In this document: positions 38,093-45,903 of the stretch, one piece after another
Layout of the letters: every line of letters starts with the position of its first letter
How positions within the stretch are numbered: the stretch's first letter is position 1
Assembly (NCBI GenBank): GCA_050742335.1
Contig: JBOGIR010000130.1
Coordinates: 1-60,794, forward strand
Source of the DNA: Vicinamibacterales bacterium
Lineage (GTDB): Bacteria; Acidobacteriota; Vicinamibacteria; Vicinamibacterales; UBA2999
Length of the DNA: 60,794 bases
Direction: 5' to 3'
Position numbers and translations under genes: made by a program
The notes under the pieces: model-generated
The model's input: the letters and a program-made list of their open reading frames with translations, nothing else
Database searches by the model: none
What the model was told of the DNA's origin: nothing

Positions 38093-38131
38093 CCCGTGTG
38101 CGGATCCCGTGTGCAGATCCCGTGTGCAGTC
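38093..38131 (-). promoter_or_regulatory. Three tandem 13-bp direct repeats (cccgtgtgc[a/g]gat) abutting the -35-like TTGACG
   Basis: cccgtgtgcggat cccgtgtgcagat cccgtgtgcagtc. The array is head to tail and iteron- or activator-site-like. It is upstream, on the minus strand, of islet gene 3. Confidence 0.45.
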
Positions 38132-38396
38132 CGGGGCGCCGGCGTGCTGGCCAGCCCGCCGACCTGCGGAGCCCGCCGAGACGTTCACGCCTGAAATCGA
38201 GCGAAGCGATTCCTCGACGCCAGTTCGGTACGCGTGATCCGTCACGCCTCGAATCAGCGACGCTGGTGCATTCCACGATGGCAGGCGTGCGAACCGGGCT
38301 CTACTCGCGACGGAAGCGGAAGAGCACGAGCGAAGCGAGATTTCCGGCGGCGGAGCCGGGAGGCGGCTGGCCGGTATGCCTGCGCCCCGGAACGAA

Positions 38397-38425
38397 GTCC
38401 GGCTAAAAAGCCGGACACTACGTAC
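38397..38425 (-). repeat. Family E hairpin copy
   Basis: gtccggc-taaaaa-gccggac-actacgtac. Confidence 0.8.
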
Positions 38426-38436
38426 GACGCCGCCGA

Positions 38437-38464
38437 GGTCCGGCTGAAGCCGGACACTACGTAC
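38437..38464 (-). repeat. Family E hairpin; right 28-bp inverted terminal copy of the islet
   Basis: ggtccggctgaagccggacactacgtac is the reverse complement of 36836-36863. Its last base overlaps the stop codon (38464-38466) of the dehydrogenase gene. Confidence 0.85.
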
Positions 38465-39846
38465 TACCGCGTCCCCGCGCTTCCGGCGCGGATCTTCCAG
38501 ATGCGATGTCCCCCGTCGTCGGACACCAGCAGGCTTCCATCGGGCGCCCCCGCCACGCCGACGGGACGGCCCCAGCGCGAAAGCTGCTCGCCGCCGGATC
38601 CGTCGCTCACGATGAACCCGGTCAGGAAGTCTTCGATGGGACCGGGCCGGCCGTCGTTCATCGGAAAGAACACGACCTTGTAGCCCGACGCGACCGAACG
38701 GTTCCAGGAACCGTGCAGCGCGATGAATCCACCGTTGCGGTACCGCTGCGGGAACTGCGTGCCGGTGTAAAAAGCGATGCCGAGCGCCGCCGAGTGCGCT
38801 GGAACCAGCACGTCGGGCACACTGGCGCGCTGCACCAGATCCGGAAATGCGCCGACGTAGCGTGGATCGTTGTTCTGGCCGATGTAGGAATACGGCCAGC
38901 CATAGAATCCGCCGTCCTTGACTGAGGTGGCATAGTCCGGGACGAGGTCGTCACCCAGATTGTCGCGTTCGTTGACGGCCGTCCACACGATGTCGGTCCC
39001 CGGTTGCAAGGCCAGCCCTACCGGATTGCGAATCCCCGACGCGTAGACCCGATAGCCCGAGCCATCCGGATTGAACTCGAGGATGGCGGCGCGCCGGCAA
39101 TCCTCGCCCGCGTTGTTGTTCGATTGCGACCCGACGGCAAGGTACAGCTTCGTCCCCGCCCGATTGAAGACGATGTTGCGCGTCGAGTGTCCGCCGACGG
39201 GCAGGTCGAGCAGCTTCTCGGGCTCACCCTGCGCCTGCAGATCGCCGTTGGAATACTTGAAGCGTACGAGCGAACCGGTGTTCCCCACGTAGAGGTAGCC
39301 GTCGTGGAACGCCATGCCGAACGGCGCGGCCACGGTGCCCGGCCCGCGGTTGTTGAATGCCGGCGGAGGTACGCACGCCGGCGCAGACGCGCCGAGCAGA
39401 GGTCCGTTGATTGCCGGGTTGACCACGGCTGGAGCCTGCGGCTGAGGTGGAGGCGGGGCCGCGCCGCCACCACGACCGGCGGGAGGCGCGCCCTGCGCGT
39501 ATACGCTGCGCGCCTCGAACACGCCGTCGTTGTTCGCGTCGCGGAGCACCGTGATGCTGTTGGTAGCGGGGGAGCTGACGAACAGGTCGCCGTTGGGCGC
39601 GTACACCATCATCCGCGGCGCCTGGAGTTCCGCATACACGCTCACGCTGAACCCGGCCGGCACCCCGGGCATGAGGTCGGCCGGCTTGTCGACAATGGCG
39701 CCGCGATTCGGCCTGGGCGGCGTGATGGCCGAGAGCCGGCCCGCCTGCGGCTGGGGCACGGTGGAGTTCCGCTGGGCGGCGAGTACGCCGGAGAGACACA
39801 GAACGCCGAGACCAAAGATGGCACTCACTCGATAAGCAGCTTTCAT
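38464..39846 (-). CDS. PQQ-dependent sugar (glucose/sorbosone) dehydrogenase-like beta-propeller, secreted
   Basis: The ATG at 39846 is preceded by AGGAG at 7 nt. Signal peptide MKAAYRVSAIFGLGVLCLSGVLAA. Family motifs are GGFYGWPYSYIG, RNPVGLALQPGT and LLVSDDGGHRIWKI. Confidence 0.8.
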   Translation of the reverse strand: MKAAYRVSAIFGLGVLCLSGVLAAQRNSTVPQPQAGRLSAITPPRPNRGAIVDKPADLMPGVPAGFSVSVYAELQAPRMMVYAPNGDLFVSSPATNSITVLRDANNDGVFEARSVYAQGAPPAGRGGGAAPPPPQPQAPAVVNPAINGPLLGASAPACVPPPAFNNRGPGTVAAPFGMAFHDGYLYVGNTGSLVRFKYSNGDLQAQGEPEKLLDLPVGGHSTRNIVFNRAGTKLYLAVGSQSNNNAGEDCRRAAILEFNPDGSGYRVYASGIRNPVGLALQPGTDIVWTAVNERDNLGDDLVPDYATSVKDGGFYGWPYSYIGQNNDPRYVGAFPDLVQRASVPDVLVPAHSAALGIAFYTGTQFPQRYRNGGFIALHGSWNRSVASGYKVVFFPMNDGRPGPIEDFLTGFIVSDGSGGEQLSRWGRPVGVAGAPDGSLLVSDDGGHRIWKIRAGSAGTR

Positions 39847-39925
39847 TCGCTCACTCCTGTTCCTGACCATGATATCCTCCGCGACGTGCTTTCATCCCCC
39901 AGGACATTTTGAAGAGGAGCCTGTT

Positions 39926-40828
39926 ATGGAGCCGACGAACACGCCTGTCCCACGAGAGGCGATTGACGCGTACAACTTGTTCATCCACGGTCACATCGAC
40001 CGTCGTTCGTTCATGGATCGTGTGAAAAAGGTCGCTGTTTCCAGCGCAGCGGCGGCGGCCATCGTCGACCAGCTGATGCCGAATTATGCTTTGGCGCAGC
40101 AGGTATCGCCAACCGATTCGCGCATCAAGGGGGAGTACGCCACGGTACCGTCGCCGCAGGGCAACGGCAACATCCGGGGCTACTTCGTGCGCCCGGCCAA
40201 CGCCGGCACGAATCGGCTGCCCGCCATCCTCGTCGTTCACGAGAACCGCGGCCTCAACCCGCACATCGAGGACGTCGCGCGCCGTCTCGCGCTCGAGAAC
40301 TTCATGGCATTTGCGCCGGATGGTCTCACCTCCGTCGGCGGGTATCCGGGCGACGACGAGAAGGGTGGCGCGATGTTCGGGAAGGTCGATCGCGCGAAGA
40401 TGGCCGAGGATCTCTACGCAGCCGCGGTCTGGGTGAAGAATCGTCCGGACAGCACGGGGCGCCTGGGCGTGACCGGCTTCTGCTTCGGCGGAGGGATCTC
40501 CAACTCCCTGGCGGTGCGGATGGGGACCGACCTGCACGCCGCGGTGCCGTTCTACGGCGGCGCGCCGCCGGCGGCGGACGTCGCGAAGATCAAGGCGGCC
40601 GTGCTGGTGCACCACGGCGGCGAGGACAAGCGTCTCGTCGATGCGTGGCCAGAGTACCAAGCGGCCATGAAGGCGGCCGGGGTCAGGCACGAGGGGTACA
40701 TCTATCCGGGCGCGGTGCACGGATTCAACAACGACGCCACGCCGCAGCGCTACAACAAGGCCGCGGCCGATCAGGCCTGGCAGCGAACGGTTGCGTGGTT
40801 CAATCGGTACGTGCGCGCGACCAGCTAG
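39926..40828 (+). CDS. Dienelactone hydrolase family protein
   Basis: SD gaggag lies before the ATG at 39926. ILVVHENRGLNPHIEDVARRLA...GVTGFCFGG (nucleophile elbow)...LVHHGGED...YPGAVHGF. Confidence 0.85.
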   Translation: MEPTNTPVPREAIDAYNLFIHGHIDRRSFMDRVKKVAVSSAAAAAIVDQLMPNYALAQQVSPTDSRIKGEYATVPSPQGNGNIRGYFVRPANAGTNRLPAILVVHENRGLNPHIEDVARRLALENFMAFAPDGLTSVGGYPGDDEKGGAMFGKVDRAKMAEDLYAAAVWVKNRPDSTGRLGVTGFCFGGGISNSLAVRMGTDLHAAVPFYGGAPPAADVAKIKAAVLVHHGGEDKRLVDAWPEYQAAMKAAGVRHEGYIYPGAVHGFNNDATPQRYNKAAADQAWQRTVAWFNRYVRATS

Positions 40829-40857
40829 TGCTAGCTGGTAGTCGGTAGTTGGTAGCA
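40826..40857 (+). repeat. TAG-bearing heptamer array directly after the hydrolase stop
   Basis: tagtgctagctggtagtcggtagttggtagcag. TAG triplets at 40826, 40832, 40839, 40846 and 40853 cover all three frames. Confidence 0.75.
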
Positions 40858-40860
40858 GCG

Positions 40861-41015
40861 GGCCACGGAGTCACGCCCCTCGACAATGCTCGCCCCTCGG
40901 CCTTGCTCGGGGTGTCCCGAGCATTCGTCGAGGGACGGGGTGTCCTGAGCGATAGTCGAAGGACGGGGACGCGGAGGTGAACAATAATCCTCTGTGTCTC
41001 CGCGTCCCTGTGGCC
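40861..41015 (+). repeat. Family C core flanked by inverted family-B-type ends, copy 2
   Basis: The left end is ggccacggagtcacg and the right end is ctctgtgtctccgcgtccctgtggcc. The core matches 10654-10770. Confidence 0.75.
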
Positions 41016-41034
41016 TGTTGCTTTCGAAATGTGG

Positions 41035-41757
41035 TCACGCGGGCAGCGGCACCGCCGGCAGGCCAGGTGTCGCGAAGATCATTTCGGTGATCGCCTTGAT
41101 GCTCCGGTTGCCGTAGCGGAACGGCACGATGAGCCGGAGCGGCGCGCCGTGCCGCGCCGGAATCGGCTCGTTGTTCATCAGCCACACCAGCATCACCTGC
41201 GGATGCCGGAGCGTCGTCAGCGGCTCGTCCACGTAATGACGGTCGGACGCGATGAGCCGACAGTAATGCGCGCCGGGCACCAGGCCCAGCACTTCGGCAA
41301 AGTCGCTGAATCGCACACCGGTCCATGTCACGATGCCGCGGGGATTCGGCGCGCCACATTGCATCAGGTAGGTGCGCGAGACGCGCGGCAGCTTCTCCAG
41401 ATCTTCGAAACGCAGCGTCCCGGCCAGCTTGCCCAGCCCGCGCGTGTCGATCTTGATGGCCATCTTCCGGTAATCGAACTCGATTGCGGGCGCCTGCCGG
41501 TTTGGCGTGCGCCACATCAACGGGTCGGTGATCGGGCCGGCCGCGCTTTCCGGGTGCTCCGGCGCGGACCCATCCGCATTGAGCGGCAGTGGCGCCGGAA
41601 AACCCGGCCGCAGCGGCCGTTCGACGAGCCGATCGGGCCACGGCTCTTGCGCTTGCGCCGCCTGTGCCCGCAGCGCCTCCGGCGTCAGCGCACCCGACAG
41701 CCCCGCCAGCGTGGCTCCCGAAATGCTGCAAATCGCGTCGCGTCGTGAGATTGCCAC
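41035..41757 (-). CDS. Molybdopterin-dependent oxidoreductase (sulfite oxidase / MsrP-like catalytic domain) with a Tat signal
   Basis: The N-terminus is MAISRRDAICSISGATLAGLSG, with a twin-arginine motif. The C-terminus HGAPLRLIVPFRYGNRSIKAITEMIF is typical of the family. Confidence 0.7.
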   Translation of the reverse strand: MAISRRDAICSISGATLAGLSGALTPEALRAQAAQAQEPWPDRLVERPLRPGFPAPLPLNADGSAPEHPESAAGPITDPLMWRTPNRQAPAIEFDYRKMAIKIDTRGLGKLAGTLRFEDLEKLPRVSRTYLMQCGAPNPRGIVTWTGVRFSDFAEVLGLVPGAHYCRLIASDRHYVDEPLTTLRHPQVMLVWLMNNEPIPARHGAPLRLIVPFRYGNRSIKAITEMIFATPGLPAVPLPA

Positions 41758-41870
41758 GTTCGTCCCTCCTGACGCTGGATGGTAACGCTATCCGGTGGTT
41801 GACACCAGCCTCGAGAGATCCCCCTTTATCTTCTCCGGCCGTGGTTCCGTAACTCGCGCATAATCTCCGG

Positions 41871-43271
41871 ATGCGGACCCTCTTGTTCCCGTGCGTCGTG
41901 GCGCTGCTAGGGATCGCGGCATCCGCGGGCGCCCTTCGCGCTCAGAATGCGCAGGCTACGGAGCGCGCGCGGGCGCACGACATCTTCCGCGAGCTGATCG
42001 AGATCCCGACGACGGCCGCCGATAACGCGACGCCGAAAGCGGCACAGGCCATGGCTGACCGGCTGATTGCCGCCGGCTTTCCGCGCGGGGACGTTCACGT
42101 CCTCGGACCGAATCCCCGTGTCGGCAATCTGGTGGCTCGTCTCCGCGGCGCCGATACGCGCTCGCGCCCCATGCTCCTCATGGCGCACATCGACGTCGTC
42201 CCGGCGCTCCGCCAGGACTGGTCGTTGGATCCGTGGCAGTTGATCGAGCGCGACGGCTGGTTCTACGGCCGTGGCACGACCGACAACAAGGCGGGCGCCG
42301 CCATGCTGGTGGCGAACTTCGTTCGCCTCAGACGTGAAGGGTGGCAGCCACGCCGAGACGTAATTATTGCTCTCACCGGCGACGAGGAGACGACGCAGGA
42401 GAGCATTCAATGGCTGCTGAAGGCGCACCGGCAGCTCGTGGACGCCGAGTTCGCGCTGAACACCGACTCGGGCGGGATCATTGTGCGGAATGGCCGGCCG
42501 TTGCTGTTCACCGTGCAGGCCGGTGAGAAGGTGTACGCCGACTACCAGCTCGAGGTAACCGACGTCGGCGGGCACAGCTCGCTCGCACGGCCCGAGAACC
42601 CGATCTACACGCTGGCGGCGGCGCTCCAGCGGATTGCGAGCCAGCAATTCCCGCTGAACGTCACCGAAGTGGCTCGTCTGTTTTTCGAGCGCTCGGCGCG
42701 GGTTGAAAGCGGGCAGCTCGCTGCCGATATGCGGGCGGTGGCCGTGATGCCGCCCGACCCGGCGGCCGCCGCACGCCTCTCCAAATCACCCTTTTACAAC
42801 GCCCGTCTCCGCACGACGTGCGTCGCCACGCGGGTGGAAGCAGGCCACGCGAACAACGCGCTGCCGCAGACAGCGCGCGCCGTGGTCAACTGCCGAATCC
42901 TTCCAGGCGAGCCGACTGAACCGGTTGAAGCGACGCTGCGGCGCCTCGCCGGTGACAAAGTGAAACTGACAGTGCTCTATGCGCCGACGACGAGCCCTCC
43001 CTCGCCTCTCCAACCGGGCACGGTTGCCCGCTTCGAGCGCCTCGCATCTGCGCAGTGGCCGGGCGTGCCCGTCGCGCCAGTCATGGAGGCAGGCGCGACC
43101 GACGGCCTGTTCACGCGCCTGGCGGGCATTCCCACGTACGCCCCCTCCGCGCTGCCTGAAGACCCCGACGACGTGCGCGCGCACGGCAGGGACGAGCGAC
43201 TTGGCGTCGAGGCGTTCTACCAGGCCACCGAGTTCTGGTACCGCATGGTGAAGGCGTTCGGAGAGGAATAA
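41871..43271 (+). CDS. M20/M25/M40 family metallopeptidase, secreted
   Basis: Signal peptide. MLLMAHIDVVP...WFYGRGTTDNKAGAAMLV...IIALTGDEETT...GHSS. Confidence 0.85.
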   Translation: MRTLLFPCVVALLGIAASAGALRAQNAQATERARAHDIFRELIEIPTTAADNATPKAAQAMADRLIAAGFPRGDVHVLGPNPRVGNLVARLRGADTRSRPMLLMAHIDVVPALRQDWSLDPWQLIERDGWFYGRGTTDNKAGAAMLVANFVRLRREGWQPRRDVIIALTGDEETTQESIQWLLKAHRQLVDAEFALNTDSGGIIVRNGRPLLFTVQAGEKVYADYQLEVTDVGGHSSLARPENPIYTLAAALQRIASQQFPLNVTEVARLFFERSARVESGQLAADMRAVAVMPPDPAAAARLSKSPFYNARLRTTCVATRVEAGHANNALPQTARAVVNCRILPGEPTEPVEATLRRLAGDKVKLTVLYAPTTSPPSPLQPGTVARFERLASAQWPGVPVAPVMEAGATDGLFTRLAGIPTYAPSALPEDPDDVRAHGRDERLGVEAFYQATEFWYRMVKAFGEE

Positions 43272-43290
43272 CGCGTTCTCGCGCCTCTTT

Positions 43291-43446
43291 GGACCGCTAT
43301 ACGGCTCCTTACGAGAATTCTGTACCCGTTGCCTACCCTTGAGGGGGCGCCGTATAGCGGTCAATGCGCGCGGAGCGCGCCAAGAGACGCTGCCAACCAG
43401 TCACGGGCTCTGCGGGATATCAAGGGCAGAGTCCGTGACTGGTTGG
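43291..43446 (+). repeat. Family D three-hairpin repeat, copy 2
   Basis: ggaccgctatacgg...ccgtatagcggtc; gcgcgc-gga-gcgcgc; caaccagtcacgggctctg-cgggatatcaaggg-cagagtccgtgactggttgg. Confidence 0.85.
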
Positions 43447-43462
43447 ATGCTACGCTGAGTCA

Positions 43463-45172
43463 ATGCCTCCAACCGAAGACCTGACCGACACCAGGGAACA
43501 GGCGCTCACCCACCGGCTGCGCGATGTGATGGAGCTGCTCGAGTCGATTGCCGCCGACCGCACGGTGCTCGAGAACGTGCCCGAGCGCGAACGCAAGCGG
43601 TTCCTCCAGGCCGTTGCGTCGGTCTACCATCCGGACCGCGTCGAGCGCCGGCGTATGGCGAAGATCGTGGCCCGCCAGCGGAAAGCGGCGCGCGTGCAAC
43701 GCGACCAAGTGACGCGCGCGGCGACAGGAATCCAGACGCTGCGGCGGAAGCCGGCGTTTCACACTCCGAACGTGTTTGCACCCGAAGAGTTCAACCCCGA
43801 AGACACTCACGCCGAGCACCCTGAGGGAGCCACGCGCGAGCTGCAGCACTGTTACATCTGCAAGCGGAAATACTCGCTCGTCCATCACTTCTACGATCAG
43901 CTCTGTCCGGCGTGTGCGGCATTCAACTTCGGGAAGCGCGCGGAGGTCGCGGACCTGCGTGGACGCGTCGCACTGCTGACCGGCGGTCGCGTCAAGATTG
44001 GGTATCAGGCCGGACTCAAGCTGCTCCGTTGCGGGGCGCGTCTGATTGTGACAACGAGGTTTCCAAGGGACGCGGCGGCGCGATACGCCCAGGAGCCGGA
44101 TTTCGCCGAGTGGGGAGACCGGCTGGAGATCTTCGGTCTCGACCTGCGGCACACGCCAAGCGTCGAGGCGTTCTGCCGCGAGCTCCTCGCCACGCACGAC
44201 CGCCTCGATTTCATCGTGAACAACGCGTGTCAGACGGTTCGAAGGCCACCGGATTTCTACGCGCATATGATGGAGGGAGAAACAACGGCGCTCGCCGACA
44301 TGCCGGCGCACGTACGCAGGCTCGTGGGGTCGTACGAGGGACTGCGCGAGTATCACATGTTGCCGGAAAGTCCGGCTTCCGCCTACGCCAAAGTCGGGTC
44401 GCCCCGCGACCCGACAAACCAGCGCTGGCTGGACGGTCCGCTTCGGCGGACCGTCCCGGCGGACAAGAAAGCCGGACACTACGGCGCTGACGGTCCGGCT
44501 AAAGCCGGACACTACGTACATGAGGAGATCGCGGTGCTGGCAGCGGTCGGGCAGCACGCTCCGGGACTGACGCGCGCGGCGGAACTGTCGCAGCTCCGGC
44601 TGCTGCCGGAGGAACTGGCCGCGCAGACAGATCTGTTTCCGGAGGGGCAGCTCGATCGGGACCTGCAGCAGATCGATCTGCGCGGCCGCAACTCCTGGCG
44701 GCTGCTGCTGGCCGACGTGTCGTCAGTCGAGCTGCTGGAGGTGCATCTCGTCAACGCCGTTGCGCCGTTCGTCCTCAGCGCGCGCCTGAAGCCGCTCATG
44801 CTGCGCAGGCCGGAGCGCAACAAGCACATTGTCAACGTCTCGGCCATGGAAGGGCAGTTCTACCGGAAGTTCAAGACGACGAGGCATCCGCATACGAACA
44901 TGGCGAAGGCGGCGCTCAACATGATGACGCGCACGTCAGCCACCGACTACCACAACGACGGGATTCACATGAACAGCGTGGACACCGGCTGGATCACCGA
45001 CGAGGATCCCATGGAGATTTCAGCGCGCAAGCTCGCGGAGCAGCGATTTCATCCACCGCTCGACGCCATCGACGGCGCCGCGCGCATCCTCGACCCGATC
45101 GTCCACGGGTTCAACACCGGCACACATGTGTGGGGGCAGTTCCTGAAGGATTATCAGCCGACGGATTGGTGA
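43463..45172 (+). CDS. SDR-family oxidoreductase with a long N-terminal extension containing a CxxC...CxxC pair
   Basis: [29 protein letters not shown] (Rossmann-like)...FIVNNACQT...NVSAMEG...YRK...[12 protein letters not shown]. The N-terminal part has [23 protein letters not shown] repeat-derived insert lies at 44468-44519. Confidence 0.7.
   Translation: MPPTEDLTDTREQALTHRLRDVMELLESIAADRTVLENVPERERKRFLQAVASVYHPDRVERRRMAKIVARQRKAARVQRDQVTRAATGIQTLRRKPAFHTPNVFAPEEFNPEDTHAEHPEGATRELQHCYICKRKYSLVHHFYDQLCPACAAFNFGKRAEVADLRGRVALLTGGRVKIGYQAGLKLLRCGARLIVTTRFPRDAAARYAQEPDFAEWGDRLEIFGLDLRHTPSVEAFCRELLATHDRLDFIVNNACQTVRRPPDFYAHMMEGETTALADMPAHVRRLVGSYEGLREYHMLPESPASAYAKVGSPRDPTNQRWLDGPLRRTVPADKKAGHYGADGPAKAGHYVHEEIAVLAAVGQHAPGLTRAAELSQLRLLPEELAAQTDLFPEGQLDRDLQQIDLRGRNSWRLLLADVSSVELLEVHLVNAVAPFVLSARLKPLMLRRPERNKHIVNVSAMEGQFYRKFKTTRHPHTNMAKAALNMMTRTSATDYHNDGIHMNSVDTGWITDEDPMEISARKLAEQRFHPPLDAIDGAARILDPIVHGFNTGTHVWGQFLKDYQPTDW
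44468..44519 (-). repeat. One and a half family E copies in frame inside the SDR gene
   Basis: aaagccggacactacgg...ggtccggc-taaa-gccggacactacgtac encodes [18 protein letters not shown]. Confidence 0.75.
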
Positions 45173-45199
45173 GGGTCGGACCTGAAGTGCGGTTGGCGA

Positions 45200-45227
45200 G
45201 GTCCGGCTAAAGCCGGACACTACGTAC
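45200..45227 (-). repeat. Family E hairpin copy
   Basis: ggtccggc-taaa-gccggacactacgtac, 28 nt after the SDR stop. Confidence 0.8.
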
Positions 45228-45247
45228 GCAAAGGTGCCGTACAATTT

Positions 45248-45295
45248 CGTCTCCGTGTCTCCGTGTCTCCGTGGCCCGTATTTCGGTGGCCCGTG
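45248..45295 (+). repeat. Family B half element (ctccgtgt units, gtggccc units)
   Basis: cgtctccgtgtctccgtgtctccgtggcccgtatttcggtggcccgtg. Confidence 0.65.
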
Positions 45296-45298
45296 TCG

Positions 45299-45691
45299 AT
45301 GCAGATTATCTGGCGCCTGTTGATCAACGCGGCCGCGTTGTGGGCGGCCACCCGGATCGTGTCCGGCATGTCCTTTGACGGCGAGTGGCAGACGCTGTTC
45401 ATCGTCGCGCTCGTCTTCGGGGTGCTGAACGTCTCCGTGCGTCCTCTGCTGTGGGTCATGACGCTGCCGCTGCTCATCGTGACCCTCGGCCTGTTCACCT
45501 TCGTGCTGAACGCTCTGATGCTCTGGCTCACGAGCGTCATCTCGGACTGGCTGGGACTCGGCTTCCACGTCGGGGGTTTCAGCGCCGCGTTTCTCGGTGC
45601 CCTCGTCGTCAGCATCGTCAGCTTCATGCTGTCGCTGTTCGTCACCTCGAATACGCGCCGCCAGCACCGCGTGGAGGACTGGAGGTCGTGA
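45299..45691 (+). CDS. Small four-helix membrane protein of the phage-holin-4/DUF360 type
   Basis: The ATG at 45299 follows the repeat. LINAAALWAATRIVSGMSFDG...VFGVLNVSVRPLLWVMTLPLLIVTLGLFTFVLNALMLWLTS is the family pattern. Confidence 0.6.
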   Translation: MQIIWRLLINAAALWAATRIVSGMSFDGEWQTLFIVALVFGVLNVSVRPLLWVMTLPLLIVTLGLFTFVLNALMLWLTSVISDWLGLGFHVGGFSAAFLGALVVSIVSFMLSLFVTSNTRRQHRVEDWRS

Positions 45692-45735
45692 TTCAACCAC
45701 CGGTGTCGATGTGTACAACCTGCTCGAGGCGAATC

Positions 45736-45889
45736 CTAGCGAGGCTGCGCCTCAGACCACCGAGCATGTGGCTCCGCCTCGCTAGGGCAGTGTCTGCTTG
45801 CCCGCACTCCGTGCGGGCGAGACGTCTTGAAGGGCCGGCGAAAAAACTTGACTCATTTGGCGTAGACTCTAGCCCTTCAAGACGTCTAG
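45736..45889 (+). repeat. Family A three-hairpin repeat, copy 2
   Basis: Nearly identical to 2125-2278, except that the hairpin 3 stem reads cttgaagggcc / agcccttcaag. Confidence 0.85.
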
Positions 45890-45903
45890 AGCTGACCCGC
45901 CGA

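Noticed and set aside
38093-38131. CRISPR-like array.
   Set aside because: There are only three contiguous 13-bp repeats with no spacers, and no cas genes occur in the window. I treat them as regulatory direct repeats.
38270-38315. tRNA-like fragment (ggttcgcacgcc on the minus strand) that might mark an integration site at the islet edge.
   Set aside because: No T-arm stem or cloverleaf can be drawn, and no CCA or acceptor pairing is present.
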